This document shows positions 9,673 to 24,072 of a DNA stretch of 64,000 bases, in pieces. Origin of the DNA: Chrysemys picta bellii (taxonomy: Eukaryota); the NCBI RefSeq assembly GCF_011386835.1, contig NC_088792.1, forward strand, positions 4,216,001 through 4,280,000. Direction: 5' to 3'. Position 1 is the stretch's first letter. Each line of letters starts with the position of its first letter. A program made the translations under genes and the position numbers. A model generated the notes under the pieces. The model was not told the origin of the DNA and made no database searches. It saw only the letters and a program-made list of their open reading frames with translations.

Positions 9673-11695
9673 CCTGTACTAGACTGGGATGAGTTAACCC
9701 CTCCTGACAGGCCAAGACAATTCAAAATTTAATGCAGGCCTGTGCTGCCAGAGCTCTGTTCTGATTCCAGATTTCTAGGTGCAGCCTGGGAACTCTTCTG
9801 TAAGATTCTGTTACTTTAAAATATTCAGTGTTTTCTCTGTCCCCCACCTCTTATATGCCTTTCATCTAGCCCAACCTTTTGACTGACCAAATAGTGGGGT
9901 AGCAGCAAGTGGCTGCCAAGGTAGTTCCAGAGGCTGCCATGAGCTTAGTGCAGCACTAACACGTTGAGGGAGCAGTAGTGTTTTCTGGAGGCTCTCTCTT
10001 TACTTCTTGCATGACCCACCACTTTCTATCATCACTGGCTAGTGCTTCTGCACCTAACATTGCCGCTCCCTTTTCAGAACTGATGAGTTCTACCCAGGCT
10101 TTGTGGCATTTGGCCAGCCACATGCCAGGATTTAGCTCAAGCGAAAATCCTCAGGATCCTCTTTAAGAATAAATGTCATGTGACCACTCCAAGCGTATTC
10201 TCCTGCTAGAGGCAGAATTAAATCAGCCCACTGGTGGCGAGTAGATGCAACAGTTTGTTCTATTTAGATGTCTTTACTTACTGGTCAGAGGGAGTAAACT
10301 AGAAGTCCCAGGCTAGAACAGAAGACCTTGAGTATTTTACAGCTGGCATGTTTTCCTTTCAGTTTACTTAGTGTTCAGTTTAGTGCTTTCTCAAGGTGAA
10401 AGTGCGTTCAGAATGCCCTTTTGTAATGCAAGGAACCGTTGAACAGGGTTATGAAAGGAGGCACTACCTCAATCTCTAACAGAGTTGCCTGTGTCCCTGA
10501 GTACTGACACAGATGCCTGCTTGTGTGACCTCAGGTGTGGGTCTGGATATGACAGACTCTGGAATACACAGCAGTGGATGCTGAGGTAAATCTTAACTTG
10601 GGAGAAAGCCCCTTGCTGGGGGAGAAATTTGGTCTGCTTTGCTTTGTGGTCCTAGTTTTACATATTGATATTGGAAAGGGAACACATGGGTAAGCTTTCT
10701 TTCCAACCTGTGAGAAGAGGATTTACATACTGTGGGAGTTTTAGGTGATAGCTGTATAATCCTTGATAGTTTCGGGGTGCCCCAATGGACTCCTATTTCT
10801 ACTTCATCTCTGACTCTGAAGCTAAACCATTGCTCCCACTTCCTGTCTGTGCAGTAATGTTGTGGAAGGGTGATGCCCCCTTTTTTTGTCATGAAGAGTG
10901 TTTTAATCCCAGCTTTCTTGGGAAGACATTTTTCAGAGTAGTTGTGACTGGAGAGAGACTTGAGTTCTACTCTCAGCCTCCAGAAGTGCCCAGCAGCTCA
11001 TGAAATGTTGCAAGCTGCATGATTTTAAACACTTTTTACAAGAACAAATAGGTCCAGCTGTCTCTTTGCATTTTTAAATTAGGATATTTGTGCCTAAATG
11101 TAAATAGTTTTCTCTGACAAACGATGCAAGCAGCAGTGGCCATCAGCATGGGGTGTTTCTAGAACAGCTAATTTTTATTTAATTATTCACCTTGCATCAA
11201 GTTGAAAGACATAAATTAAACACATTAATTTACTTGCAATATATGGTACAAATAGCCTGCCTCTTTGTGCCATCCAAATCAGCTGTGAGTACACATTGAT
11301 AGTCCAAAATCAGAGACGCTTCTGTAGAAATGTTACTTGGACCATGCTCTGAAGATCAAGTTTAGAAGGAACAAGTTTTACAGATGCAAATCCTCTGGAA
11401 ATACCCTGCCTCCAGTCCAAAAGTACCTGACTAGGCTCTTTGCAAATATGTCTTCGCTGTCTCAAAACTGCATAGGAAGAGAAGTGGTCTTTATGGTAGC
11501 CAGGCTGGAAATCTCATAGGGCTCCTTACATTGGAGCCAGCATATTAAATAAGCACTTGGAAACAGATGAAGTTATTGCATTTTGCCAATCAGTTGTGTA
11601 ATGTGCTTGCTCTAAATCACTTTGCTTAGCAGAAAGGTCACTGCATTCTGCACTAGCTGATGCTTTAATATTGTCTTCAGGTGATACATGTAGAC

Positions 11696-11996
11696 CAGTG
11701 GTTCTCAACCTTTCCCATACCAAGTCCCTTTCCCCCTCCTCGCGCCTCCCCCCGCCCCTCCCCGCTCCACATTTAGCCATATGAGAGGGACAGTGTGGTT
11801 CTTAACCTTTCCCATACCAGGTCCCTTTCCCCCTCCTCGCGCCTCCCCCTCCCCCCCTTCCACATTTAGCCATATGAGAAGGACAGGGTGGTTCTTAACC
11901 TTTCCCATACCAGGCCCCTTCCAGGTCTCCCCATTTAGCCATATGAGAGGGACAGGGTGGTCATGAACCCCTTCGACTCCAAGGTCGAGAACCTTG
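11696..11996. mobile_element. hAT (Charlie/MER5-like) MITE with internal tandem units
   Basis: TIRs cagtggttctcaacc and ggtcgagaaccttg; TSD atgtagac (11688-11695) and atgtaggc (11997-12004); three internal units of about 70-95 bp. Confidence 0.85.
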
Positions 11997-12217
11997 ATGT
12001 AGGCTACAGTCAAGGCTGCACTGGTCAAGAAAGGACTTGTTGAATGTGGTTGCTGCTGCTACTACTTGTGCATCCAGCTGTGTCAGTCTCAAATTACCCT
12101 TCATGCCCTAATCTAGTTTTTTTGGTAATGTGTATCTGTTTTGGCTAGGGGTGTGCTTTTTATTGAAAGTTATATTGATACAATCCCCAGTGTAGATGTG
12201 GTTATCTTGTATAAAGG

Positions 12218-12650
12218 TGTATAACAAGGCAATCTGCCCCTTTAAGGACCAGGGGGGCTGAAGAGCAGGCAGCCTGCTCTGGAGAGGAGACCAAAAGGTA
12301 GGTTCTGGGCATTATCTGACTCATCGGGACAAGATCTAGGGACTGGATCTGATTCCCTACTAGGGGAGATAAAGGAAGGCTCAGCTCCATGACGGAGACG
12401 GGGACCAGGGGAGGGCTGGGAGTACACTCTCCTGTGGCTGGAACAGAAGGCTGCTAGTGGAAGGGCAAGCCCTGTGGACCCCTCTTCCGCCTCCTCCCCC
12501 CGCTAAGAAAGGGCCAGGCCATTAAGCTAGTGGAGGCCAGAGGGGCCCCCGCAATCTGTGTTAAGTAAACAGAAACCTGAGGTAAGGACTACAAACTGAA
12601 CTTGACGTGGCCAATTGTTTGTCCCTGGCTGGTGCTCGGGTACCCCAACC
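12218..12650. repeat. Possible LTR-like repeat fragment
   Basis: GC-rich block starting tgtataac in AT-rich context; ends and TSD not resolved. Confidence 0.3.
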
Positions 12651-15592
12651 TGCATGGTGCTTTATGCTGATATAGTTAAAGCAATGCAACTTTTGTGTAT
12701 CGACAAAAGCCTTGACTGCCTCTACCCAGCTGCCAAACATCCAGCCTTTCCCACTGACCATTTCTATGGTTTATCATTACAAATATCTGCAGCACGTTGA
12801 AATCTGAAAATGTGGGTGCAACATAAAATGAAATTTTTCAAAACAACATAGGCAGCCATGCTGATTCTATTTTTCTACTTAAGTCTGAAAATCATCATTT
12901 AAAAACATTAAATGAAGATGCTGCAGAATTTCTTGTCTGGCATACTGTATTGCTCCAGGTTCCAGTAGATCCCATAGATCCTTAACTACAGCCATCTCAG
13001 TCTACATGTTGAACAGGAGAGGCTACAAAACAGAGCGTCTGGGGGTTAGCAGAGTCCTTGAGGGTAATATCCACCACTTCCTTATTATACCTCTTTAAAA
13101 TGAAAGATCAGAGGCACAGAATAACAATCCCACTCGCTCCTGCTAGATCATTTCAGGCAGGTTTGAATAGTTTCTGCACCCTGAAAAAGGTTTTAACTTT
13201 AAAAAAAACCAGTTTAAATGTTGTAAATTCCTTAATCTGTAAGAATCTGGACAGCTGTATTACCAGCCCCTGTTGTTCAAAAATAGTTGTTGGGTCCCCC
13301 CCAATAATCATGATTTGCTTAGAAATCCAGGAGACGTGTTTCTTTGTCTTTGTTTTTTTAATTTGAGACTGTAGTCTTTATATATCTGTTTTCTCCACAA
13401 CCAAGGAAGGTAGAAACTCACTATATTTATATAAATGAAAGCTGAGCTTCTGAAGTAATCTCATGACTCAAGGAGCTGGGGCTTTAGGAGAAACACCAAA
13501 TATTGCAAAACTTGTGATAAAGTGGGAGGAGTTGAGAACATTAGCATAATGTCAGCTGAGCAAAAATATTGCCAGAAAAAGACTAAAGTAAGTTTTGTAA
13601 CCAAACTTTCCCCTTTCCAAAATACCCATGCACCCAGTAGTTGTTTTCTCCGGGTTAAGGCATAAAGGTAAGCATGGGGGTTTAGGGTTGCTGATGAAAA
13701 CAGAAACTTTAACTGGAAGTGCGGGAATATATTAAGATGTGGCTCCTTTACAGACATGGCTTTTGACTAACGCATTATTCTCCGGCTTTGTTTTTAGTTC
13801 AGTGGAAGCTGCTTTCCTTTTTGATACATGTACTATTAAAGGAAAGCAGCTGACAGGAACAGCTGCTTGCCTTGCCTGTTTGGTCTGTGTAACTTAGCAG
13901 TTGATATGTAGCATAGAAAGTGTGCTTTATTAACAGCTAGAAGCTTCAGAAACAAGCCCCCCCTTTTCGTTGCCCTCCTCCCCTCTGTCTCCTGCCCCTT
14001 GCCAGGTTAAAACCAGAGGCTTCCCCCATAAAAAGGTCATTAATGATCTAAATTCCTTATTAGATGCTGCCTTTTTGCAGTGTGTAATATCCAGAAAACG
14101 TCCCGGGAAATGAGAATTTGGAAGCCAGTCTTCAGTTCTGACTTCTTTGCTGATCTTCCTTGAAGAGCTGGAATAGAAGAGTTTGTAAATCAGGCGTTCA
14201 ACAGCTAAAACACAAAGGGCTTTGCAGAAGATGGGCCCTTTACATTTTACCTAAAGAAAAGAAAGGCGTTCACATTTATGATTTTGGAGATTACATACCA
14301 GTCATTTTTCCCCCAGGCACCACATTTCAAAGCTCTTAGGCATGTGTGCAGCTAGATACTTACTCTGTAAGGGGCTTTCTTTAGATATTATCTATGAACT
14401 CATTTTTTGTGTGTGGCTTTATTTTTTTTTGAGGGCCAGCCAAGACCATTAATCCTCACCTTTACATTTCCTAATCCCTGCAAGGGTTTATTCTTGTACG
14501 CCTGATGAAGCTGCTTTGGCAGAGTCCATCATGCTGCAACTCAAGGAAAGTTTACTAATGTGGCTCTTTATCAGCTGAAAGACGACATCTGCATAACGTA
14601 GCAGTTTCTTACTTGGGCAGTTTTAGCCACATCTCACTAACTTGTTAGTAAGAGTGACACAGTTGCCCAAAGGAAGGAAATTCATTCTGAAGGCTGGTAT
14701 TTTCTTATGTTGTCACAATGTATCTTGGGGCAATTAGCATCCGTAAAGCGCTTAGAAAGCAAAAAGTTCAAATATACATGCTGCTTCTTGAGCATTGGGG
14801 TGCACTGATATAATATTCCCATAGTATTTCCTAGAAGGGAAGGGCGGAGTGTCAGCAGGGAAAATCAACTATGGCTCTTTCCCATCCCTGTCTTTTCTTC
14901 TCTATCTCTTTCCCTCACACATCTATATCAGGCTGACGATATGAAAATCTCACCACTTCTCATTTGTCCACAAAGGTCACAAATGAAGTATGGCTCTGCT
15001 GTGGGCTGATTTTCTTCGACACGCACCCAGTTCATGTTGGCTGTCCAGATGGCCAGGGAAGTTTCCTTGCACTTGGTTGTATCAGTCTGTGTTATTTGCT
15101 TATGGCCTGACTCAAAAGAGCACAGTAACCTCATCTCCTGTTGAAGTCAATAGGAGCTGCAGATGCTCAGAACCTTTAAAATTTAGGATGTTAGTGTTTT
15201 GTGGTCTTCTCCCTCTTTTGCAGAGGCAGATGAGCGAGAGAATTTAGACCTTTAGAATGAAGAGTTTCACTCAGGTACCTACTACCCACCAGTCCCTGTT
15301 TCCCTTCTAGCATTTTACCTTAGCTCTAAAGTAGTTTTCCAATGCACCCACTGGTCAGTCAGGGTTAACTTCTTTTTGTACACGGGCCTTCCAGTGTTTA
15401 GTCCTAGAAGACATGCCAGCCCATCTCTCTGGGGCACAAGCAGAAAGGAAACATAGTTGATATTTTATTAGTTTTCAATTAATTTATAACACCTTTTGAC
15501 ACTGCCACAAATAAGGGTGTTAGCTTTTAAGCTCTTCTTTGTGCTAAGGTCAACAGATCTGTTACGATGAGTATTTCAGTGGCCGGATTGGG

Positions 15593-15627
15593 GTGTGTGT
15601 GTGTGTGTGTGTGTGTGCTCGCGCGCG
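15593..15627. repeat. (GT)n microsatellite followed by cgcgcg
   Basis: About 12 GT units at 15593-15617, then ctcgcgcgcg. Confidence 0.95.
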
Positions 15628-16614
15628 GGCAGAATTAGACCTGTAAGTCACTGGGGCATTCCCCCGCTGCCATCTTCTGAAGGTATCTCTAATTTTCTCT
15701 GCCTCCCCAGTGGCTGGCAGTGTCCACCCGTCCACCCCCAGCCCTCCCTGCTGCAGAGCTCTTCTGAGGAAAATTTCAAAATTTTCAGACTAAAAATTGG
15801 GCTCAATATTTTATCTAATTCCCGGTTGTGTTCCAGGGCTGCATTGGATTTTGGAGGAGTTTGTTCCCTCAGCTCTGCTTCCTCTTTGGTGGTGGTTGCA
15901 GCAGCTGCTGCCCCTGCAGGCTTCAGAGACCAAGCTAGGCTGGGAACAGCCAGAGGCAAAATGAAAGGTCTGTCTCCTGCTTGAGTGTCTTTTTGGGTGC
16001 TTGGCCAGCTATGTGCATAGAATGCATTTTCCTTCACAGCCCAGTCTGGGCAGGTTTGCCTTGGTCCCCTTTCTGTGGGCAGGAGAGGTGGCAGGTAGGA
16101 CTGGAAAAGAGCTGGCTCCGGGGCAGACAGGCCTCCTATCTCCATGACGGCAATGAAGCTGTGAGTTGCGGATGGAAGAACTTGGATACAGCACGGTTAC
16201 TGCCAATACCAGAGTGTGGTAAAGGGCCTTTGAGCTCTGGTCTTTTCCCTGCCCTCTAGGGTACCTACTTTTATCCCAGGCTGAGATTTATTTGGTCCAT
16301 GTGGATCTCATGCAATAGAAAGGGGAAGAGCTTCTGGGAAAAGCATCCTTGAGCCCCAGGCCACTACCTTTCTTGACACCTATATGGGGTATGGGAGACT
16401 AACAAGTGCAGTTTCTTTGAGGACAGAGAGATCCCTAACCATTGGAAATATTTTCAGAGCTATCTGAGCTCAGTTGTTCTCCTCCCTTTAAAGAGGATTA
16501 TGGAAGTAGATTCCTAAAAGGGACATATATGAATACATAAAATCAGCACTGTCTGCTCATCTGCAGAGTGCAGAAGGGCAGATCAATGCAGAAAACATGA
16601 AGCCAGGAGACATG

Positions 16615-16703
16615 TAGAGCCCTGCAGATCCATGGATAGCCACTTTATATCCACTTTTGCTGATTGGATGCGGATACAAATTTTGTATTCGTGCAGAGCT
16701 CTA
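16615..16703. mobile_element. Short TIR MITE; related copy at about 20731-20823
   Basis: Ends tagagccctgca and tgcagagctcta; shares gattgg(a/c)tgcggat(a/c)caaattttgtat with the 20.8-kb copy. TSD not convincing. Confidence 0.6.
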
Positions 16704-19700
16704 GACATAGGCTGATTCCTCTAGGTGTGCACACGTTAAACCCCCATGAAGGGTAAGGGAGGAAGGCTAGCAGTCTAGGTTAGAGAATCAAACAGTAAAA
16801 TATATTTAAAATAACCCCCCCAAATTTTCTCTCTCAAGAGTGTACTGAATACTGTGAAACTGTGCTTAGGTCTATAGCTGCCCTAGACAAGCTATAGCTA
16901 TATAACCCTAGGGCGGTATGAGAGAGAGGGGGGATTTTCTCGCCACATATAAAAGATTGGGAAAGTATCAAGACTGGTGTCCCCAACTACTGCTGAGGGT
17001 CACCATGCCCTCATGTCAAGGTTTTTTTCCAGGTTCCGTTGCTGGTTCCCAGGCCTCTCCTCCCCTCAGCAGATGGCTGTGGAGTGATGAGGGACAGCTG
17101 CCCAGATGTGGAAGACCTGCCAGGCAGCAATGGCAGTCCACCAGTTCTGTCTTCTACCACACTGTCCCCCAGCCTTCATTTTTTTAATAACGCCAGTAGG
17201 TTTTTCAGCATGGACCAGTCAAAACTTACTCTTGTATCACTATCGAAGAATAATCTGTCTATTTTTGCTGGTCAGGGATTCAGCATTTCTAACTGGGGGA
17301 GATTTTTACCTGAAATAATGAGAAGGCCACTCCAGAGGCAAGTATTGTTTCACTCTATAGCTGACTTATAGCTTTGATAAAAGGAGGTCACTAAACATTG
17401 TCCAGAGGGGGTATGCTATGGAGTTGTAAAAGAATTTCAGGAACAGCTTTGTCCTACTCCCAGTCTCAGAACGAAATCATCCATCATCTACTTCAAATTG
17501 GAACAGTACAACCCGCTTCCCTTCCTGTTTTTAACCTGGAAGAATTGTAGACAAGCAAAGATAATGTTGGAAGTTCTGAGGTTAGCATAGAGAAATAAAG
17601 GTTAAAACATAGTCCATTCTGGTCTGTCCAGAGCAGTTCACCAGCCAAGCTGTAGTGAACTCCATTTTCAGGCTCTGTCTCTCTCCTGACTTCTTCCTTT
17701 GTCATTTTTCAGGTGAGAGAGCTCCCAGCCTCTTCCAGATGCCAGCTCTTATTCTCAACCCTCTGTCCTTTGTTGTTGAACTGAGATCTCTGCTCAGCTT
17801 CCCTGCTGAGAGTGCCAGTCCATGAATCATTGGTACTTGCATTGCGTCTCTGGACTCCTTGTTCATCTGTTTGTTTTCAGACAGTTCCTTATTGATTCTA
17901 TTCATTCCCACCAGACAGGGAGGTGACACAAGTACCTATGTTTTAGTTTGTTCTGAGAGCAAACTTAATACCCCTACTGGGTAGCAATGCAAAGTATCGA
18001 GGAAACTGTGGCACACATAGGATTCATAAAAATATTACAAATTCCCACTTCATCCCTGATAGTCATAATGGAAACCAAGTGGTGTAATAAACAAAAATCC
18101 AGTTCTCATTGGAGGCTATTGAGATTTCTGCTCCCTCTCAGGCATGCTGCAGTGACCCAGAGTTCACATGAATACATATCCAGCAGCAGTTTTGGTTATT
18201 CCCTCTCCATCTCTCCCATCTCATCCTTTGGCAGAGATCTAGTTCCACCTGTATATTCTCAGTTCCCATGCCTGGTGAATGCAGGCAATTAGATTTTTTT
18301 TTTTTAAAGGGTCTTCCAGATTAAGTTCATAGAATGAGTGCCAGAAAGAGAGTACAGCGTCTGCCATCTAGAGTACAATGATTCATTGAGGTCTCTGAAA
18401 ACTGCTCCTTCAATTGATAACAGACCTGTTCTGGTCATGACTGTCAATAGGGTTTTCATAATAATTGGGAAGAACATGATCAGCCCTATCTGAGACAGAG
18501 AGAGAGAGAGAGATTCTCATGTGCTGGGTGGAGTAAAATTTCCTATCTAACAACCAACCTCTTTGCAGCTGGAAACAGTAGAGAAAATGACCTACAGCCT
18601 CTTTGTCAGGACTTGGGCTGTGTGGTGGTGAATGACATTTTTCAAGGCTGGGCAAAGTCCCTGCTTTGTGTTCCCACCTTTTTCATTGTTCCCCAGGACA
18701 ATACTAAAGATAAGGATGTGAATGGCAGCAATACTGTTTAGGCTATGGCTCTGAGGCCCAATTAACCAAGCATCAGATCTTCAGATGTCTCTCTTTTACA
18801 GAGAAGGTCTGTTGCAAGACCAGTCCTCCATCCGGGACCAGATAGGTTTAAAATTAATACTTGTATGAAGTAATCATTGCTTTCATGAACCCTGACAGAA
18901 AACTCAACAAATAGAGCTTATCCTACTGGCTGGTGCAAAGTCCATAGTTCAATTAGCACGTTAAACCAGTGAAACTTAGCCTTTAGTTCCTCCATGAGCG
19001 CTTTATTTTGGAGGTATAGGTGTGTCTAAGTAGAAAAGTGAGGTCTCTGTAGTATGTTTTTCAGCTTGTTCAATAAAAAGAAGTTTTATATAAATTCCAA
19101 CATTGTTTCCTTAGGGCATCAACCTTATTCCAGCTCCACAGGTCATAGAGTAAGACCATGTAACCTCATTCTGCTCCTTAGAATGCTATCCTGATTGAAC
19201 CTCTTCAGGAGGTGGTATTATACGTACTATCAATGACAGTAATCCTCCTACAGATGGCTGATGTTTCCAGATTAGTTATTTTATTTGAAGTTAGAAGCTT
19301 TCTCTAATAAGACTCAGTAGGTAGTATTCACAACTGTCATAGTATTCATTCCCTGACTACATTCAAGAAATTGTCCTCTCCTGTTTAAGCATCAAAGTCC
19401 AGTTCCTAGGAGCACTGACTGTCTCAGGACAGTGTGTCAAGTCTCCAGTATTGAGATCTGCTAGATGGCCATCGCCAAATTCTGCATGTTGGTTATCCAG
19501 TCTTAGCCAATGCTATTTCCTTTCTTTTGACAGAAGTCTTCTCCCATGTCCAGGGTCAGGTGGAGGAGATATATAATCTCCTTTGTTTTAGATGTCCACA
19601 CTTAAAAGATGGATCCTGCTTCCCACCTTCTGCAAGGGACCTACTACATTGCAATGACTGGAATTTATTTTTATTGCTTCAAATTAAATTTGAAGGCATA

Positions 19701-19841
19701 TGGTGTATTGAATATAATTAATTACAAAAATATTGAGTTTTGTTCAGCCAGATCTCATTTTTCTCAGATGTTTTTTCCTATCTAGACCTATTGGCCTCGG
19801 AGTGGTGGTTTCCATCTTCCACTGACAGTTTTTCTTGAATG

Positions 19842-19998
19842 CATAAGAATATAAGAATGGCCATACTGGGTCAGACCAAAGGTCCATCTAGCCCAGTATC
19901 CTGTCTTCTGACAGTGGCCAATGCCAGGTGCCCCAGAGATAATGAACAGAACAGGTCATCATCAAATGATCCATTCCCTGTGACCCATTTCCAACTTC
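19842..19998 (-). mobile_element. CR1 LINE 3' end fragment
   Basis: cataagaatataagaa tail repeat followed by ggccatactgggtcagaccaaaggtccatctagcccag, the reverse complement of a CR1 3' UTR. Confidence 0.85.
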
Positions 19999-22900
19999 TC
20001 CTTCTATGCTGACAAAAACAGTGGCTCCTGCCTCTTTGCTCCCTATAGCATTCTAAGACACGAGTAGCAGCACCTGGATTCCTCAGTTTCTCCTGCCTTC
20101 TTCTGAAAAAGCTGTAGCAACACTTGGGCTCCTTGGCTGGCTGACCCCCTTTTCTTTTCTTAAAGATCCAGTGGGTTCCTGTGCTGCTCTGCTCTCTAGC
20201 CACTTTCTATCCAATCTCCCTTCTCACCTGGTCCATACTCCCACTTATCTGTGGCTGAGTAAGAATTTCAAGCTTAGTTTGTGGCTTTTAGAGTGTGGTG
20301 GTTCTGTTCATATCTTCTTACTCATCAGATCTGCTGCTTCTGTCAAGTCAGATTGGCTGACTTCAATGGCAAAAATAAATTTACACTTTTTTTTTTACCC
20401 TGTTTGCCCTGCTTAACCAACATAGATAATGAACGAGGAACTAGATTCTATTATGAATCAACAGTTGTTTGGGTTTGTAAACATTTAGTAAATTTAATAA
20501 TTTACACTTGTGCAAATGCTTTGACAGCAATGGGATTACACTGGTGTCACTGAAAGCATAATCCGAATACAATAAGGTTTAATTTGGCCCACGGAATTTT
20601 TAGCTTACAAGCAAAAAGATTTTTTTCCCCACTGCAAACGGAGCACATTTGATCTGAAAGCCACTGAGATACAAACATGGAACCCTGCAAAGTCACTTCT
20701 CAGAAGAGATGGTAACATCAGTGCATCCTTAGTAACCTGCAGTCAGATTCAAATCTGTGGATAACCATGGACAATGTTTGCAGATTGGCTGCGGATCCAA
20801 ATTTTGTATCTGCGCAGGGATCTACTGATCAGACATCTGTAAGGAGGAAATGGTTCTGAGCAGTAATGCTATGAGGAAGCAATAGTGGTTCCAGCTGTAT
20901 TCTTTTTGCTTTGAAAGTCCCTTGACGAGATAAATTACAACTTCATTAAATGAAAACATTTATAAAATGAGAAGCTACAACATTAGATTTAAAATCTGAT
21001 GTGTGACATTAATTAGAGGTAGAAGTGAACTGAGATTTGCACTAAGGCAATCTTATTACTGCATGCTACTAGTGTTGAAAGTGGTGTTCTATCATATTTA
21101 GTTCCTTTAAAAAAAAAATCAATCTAAGGAATTCCTGGCTTTCTCACCTTTTGGATTACTATTCTCGGTTTATGGATGCTCATTCATCAGATCAGATGGG
21201 CCACTGTACAGAGAGCTCTCTGTATGTGTCTTATGCAGTGCTGCCAAGTGGTATAATGCATACAGCACGTATAGTGTGGAGAGTTGCATATTACTTCCTG
21301 TGGTTTTGTAAAAATGAGGATATTATGGCGTTAGACTAAGCATCTGCATTGCCACATGCTTCTGCAGGTTCTCCAGTTTCCTGCACTGAGGGAGCATTAG
21401 GATTCCTTTGCATGCTGCACCCTTGTTTCTTTTAAGAATGTAAAGTATCCGCCACATGACAACTCATAGCTGGAAGTGGGTGGATCTTTCATCCAAATCA
21501 TGCAAGTTTTAGCTTCTTTCTTATAGCAGTGGTTGTTCTCTCAGTGCTGACTTTCTTAAAATTTGTAGGATCGCACTAGTAGCTGATGTGAAAGAAACAT
21601 GCTGAAGTTGTTTCCCACTTCCTGGGTAAACTGAACAGATTTAAACCACCTTGATTTATCATGATTAAAATTAAATCTTTTTATTGGCAATATGAATACT
21701 GGTTTAGTTTTTCTAAGGATCTCAGAGAGAGACAGCACACAAACTCACTGCACAAGACCTTGTGGGCAGACCTTTGGTTTGGTTGTGGGAGTTTGGGTAA
21801 AGAACCCAAACTGCTTCAGGAAGAGATTTCTGGATATGAGAGAGAGGAGTCTGTTATGCATCTTCTCTATTGGTATTTATACAACCTAAGTGACAAGGAT
21901 GTTCCTGTATTGGCTGAAGGTGACTCAAGTCCTCAGCTGTGATCATGGAAGGCCTGATCCTGTGTGACCTGACTTCTGACTTAGATCTGGGTCCTGCTTG
22001 GTGCTGAATGCCCTAAATGTCCATTTGAAGTCAGCAGTGAAGTATTATGCCTCGTATGTCAGATTTTTCTGCTTTAAGCCAATTCAGTGTGCTTTGTGCA
22101 GTATCTAATTATCTAGTAATTCAGTATTATCATCACTGATGCAAACAAAATCTTTTATGTTGTTAGATGCCAAAACATGTGTTCAGATGAAACGGCCTCG
22201 TGTTTTTAAGGATGCTGTCAAAGTTAGTAGGACTAGAGTAATATACTTCAATTGACCCCTTTTGAAGGGCTTTTCTGTGAACATGAGTGTTTATACAAAA
22301 TTATACATGCGTGCTAACAGCTGCTAAGCTGAAACTGTCTTGTTAAAGGTCTTAACCGCAGGGAGTCCTGCATTTTGGGAAACGAATTCCTGTATTCCTT
22401 ACTATAAGTCTGTAATATAGGACAAGCCCACCACTGTAGGCTGTAAGTAATATATTTAATATACTTTCTAGAAGTAAATAAAAAGGGATTGCCTGTGCAT
22501 GGAGTGTAAATGGTACTCAATATCTTAACTCCTTTCCTTTAAAAAAAAAACAAAAAAAACAAAACTGGAGGCACTTTTCAGGGAAAACTGATATGGTTTT
22601 AGAGTGCTGCAGAGAAAGAGGGATGACTTACTGTTTGCTTATACTTCAGCAGGCAATGGTAACTTCTCCTGCTGTGGCCCATTTCTAAGAAAAGCTGACT
22701 TATGACAGGAGAAATGGGAACTATGGCAGAGCTGTTTCTATTCTTACAACCACAGGTTTCACTCTGTGTGAGTATGGGTCGCTGAAAGAAAACAAATGGT
22801 TGTATCACATCAGTGTGTCAAAACTGAGCCTAGAGTAAAGGACAGGAACTGCAGCGACTTAAAAGGCCTGGACTATGCTACAAAGTTAGGCTGACATAAA

Positions 22901-24072
22901 CAGTCTTGTGTCGATCTGAGTGTGCACGTGTCTATCCTTAAATTTTGCCTCCCACTGATGTAAGCTCTCCATTATGCCAACTTAGTAACACCACCTTCCT
23001 GAGTGCTGTTTAACCCTTGTCAAGGTACTGAGGTTGATGCAGCGCAAATGCAGACTGTGTTACCTACGTTGACCTTACCAGTCCTCCAGCAGCTGTCCCA
23101 GAATGCCTGACACTGATTGCTCTGGTCACAGTTGGGAACTCTCCTGCACAGGGGTCAGTGAGACCAGAAGCCGCACTCCTCCACCCCCAGGCCTTTTCCA
23201 GATTGTCCATCTTTGCATGCATACCTGGCATCCCTCCACTGTTGTGTGCAACTGGCCAGCTGAGCGTGCTAGCTAAATGCTCGAAACACACTCTGGTCTT
23301 GCATATGCAGAAGATATTGGAACTTCTGGGCCTGTGGGGAGAAGAGGCTGTGCAAGCACCGCTACGGACCAGCTGTAGAAACGTGGACATCTATGAGCAG
23401 ATTACATGAGGATGCAGGAGAAGGGGTAAGACGGGTAAGCAGCAATGCTGCATGAAATCATAGGAACTGAGGCAGGCATATCAAAAGCTAGGGAGGCCAA
23501 CAGTTGATCTGGTGCCAAGCTGTAGACCTGCCTTTTTTGCAAAGAGCTGCATGCCATACATGGCAGAGACCACCACCCTGCACACCATCGCGGATATCTC
23601 CAAGGAGCTTGAGTCACAGCGAGGATGTGGAAGAGGAGGATGAGACATGTAACTGGGGGATCCAACTCTGCCATCAGCCAGGACCTGTTTGAGACTTCAT
23701 CACAGTCCAGTCAGTCCTTGCAGTTGACCAAAGGCAAGTCTGATGGAGGTGAAGGAATATTGGGTAAGTGTCAATTTATTTGCTCTTAAAGTGATGATGT
23801 CCCCAACTTAGTATGATACAGCTATTGACTTTTCATTAATTTACTTGTACTAGAAGAGGTAGCGATACAACAAAGAGAGGTAGAGTATCTGCTTTTCATT
23901 CTCCTTTAGAGTTAGATGGGGGAGAGGGGGTACATGGAGAAGTTTGTGCATAGGGATGTCCCTTGAATCCTCCTGAGAGATCTTGATGAAAATGCCATGG
24001 AAGTACTCTCCTGAAGGTTTCTAGGGATGGCAGCCGTATTTCTTCCTCCCGCGGTAGGACACTATCTCATGC

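Noticed and set aside
11696-11960. CRISPR-like direct repeats
   Set aside because: Whole units are repeated with no unique spacers, there are no cas genes, the DNA is eukaryotic, and TIR/TSD show a MITE.
15648-16145. 165-aa minus-strand ORF and overlapping 129-aa plus ORF
   Set aside because: No recognisable motif or splice context; the plus ORF starts in a GT microsatellite.
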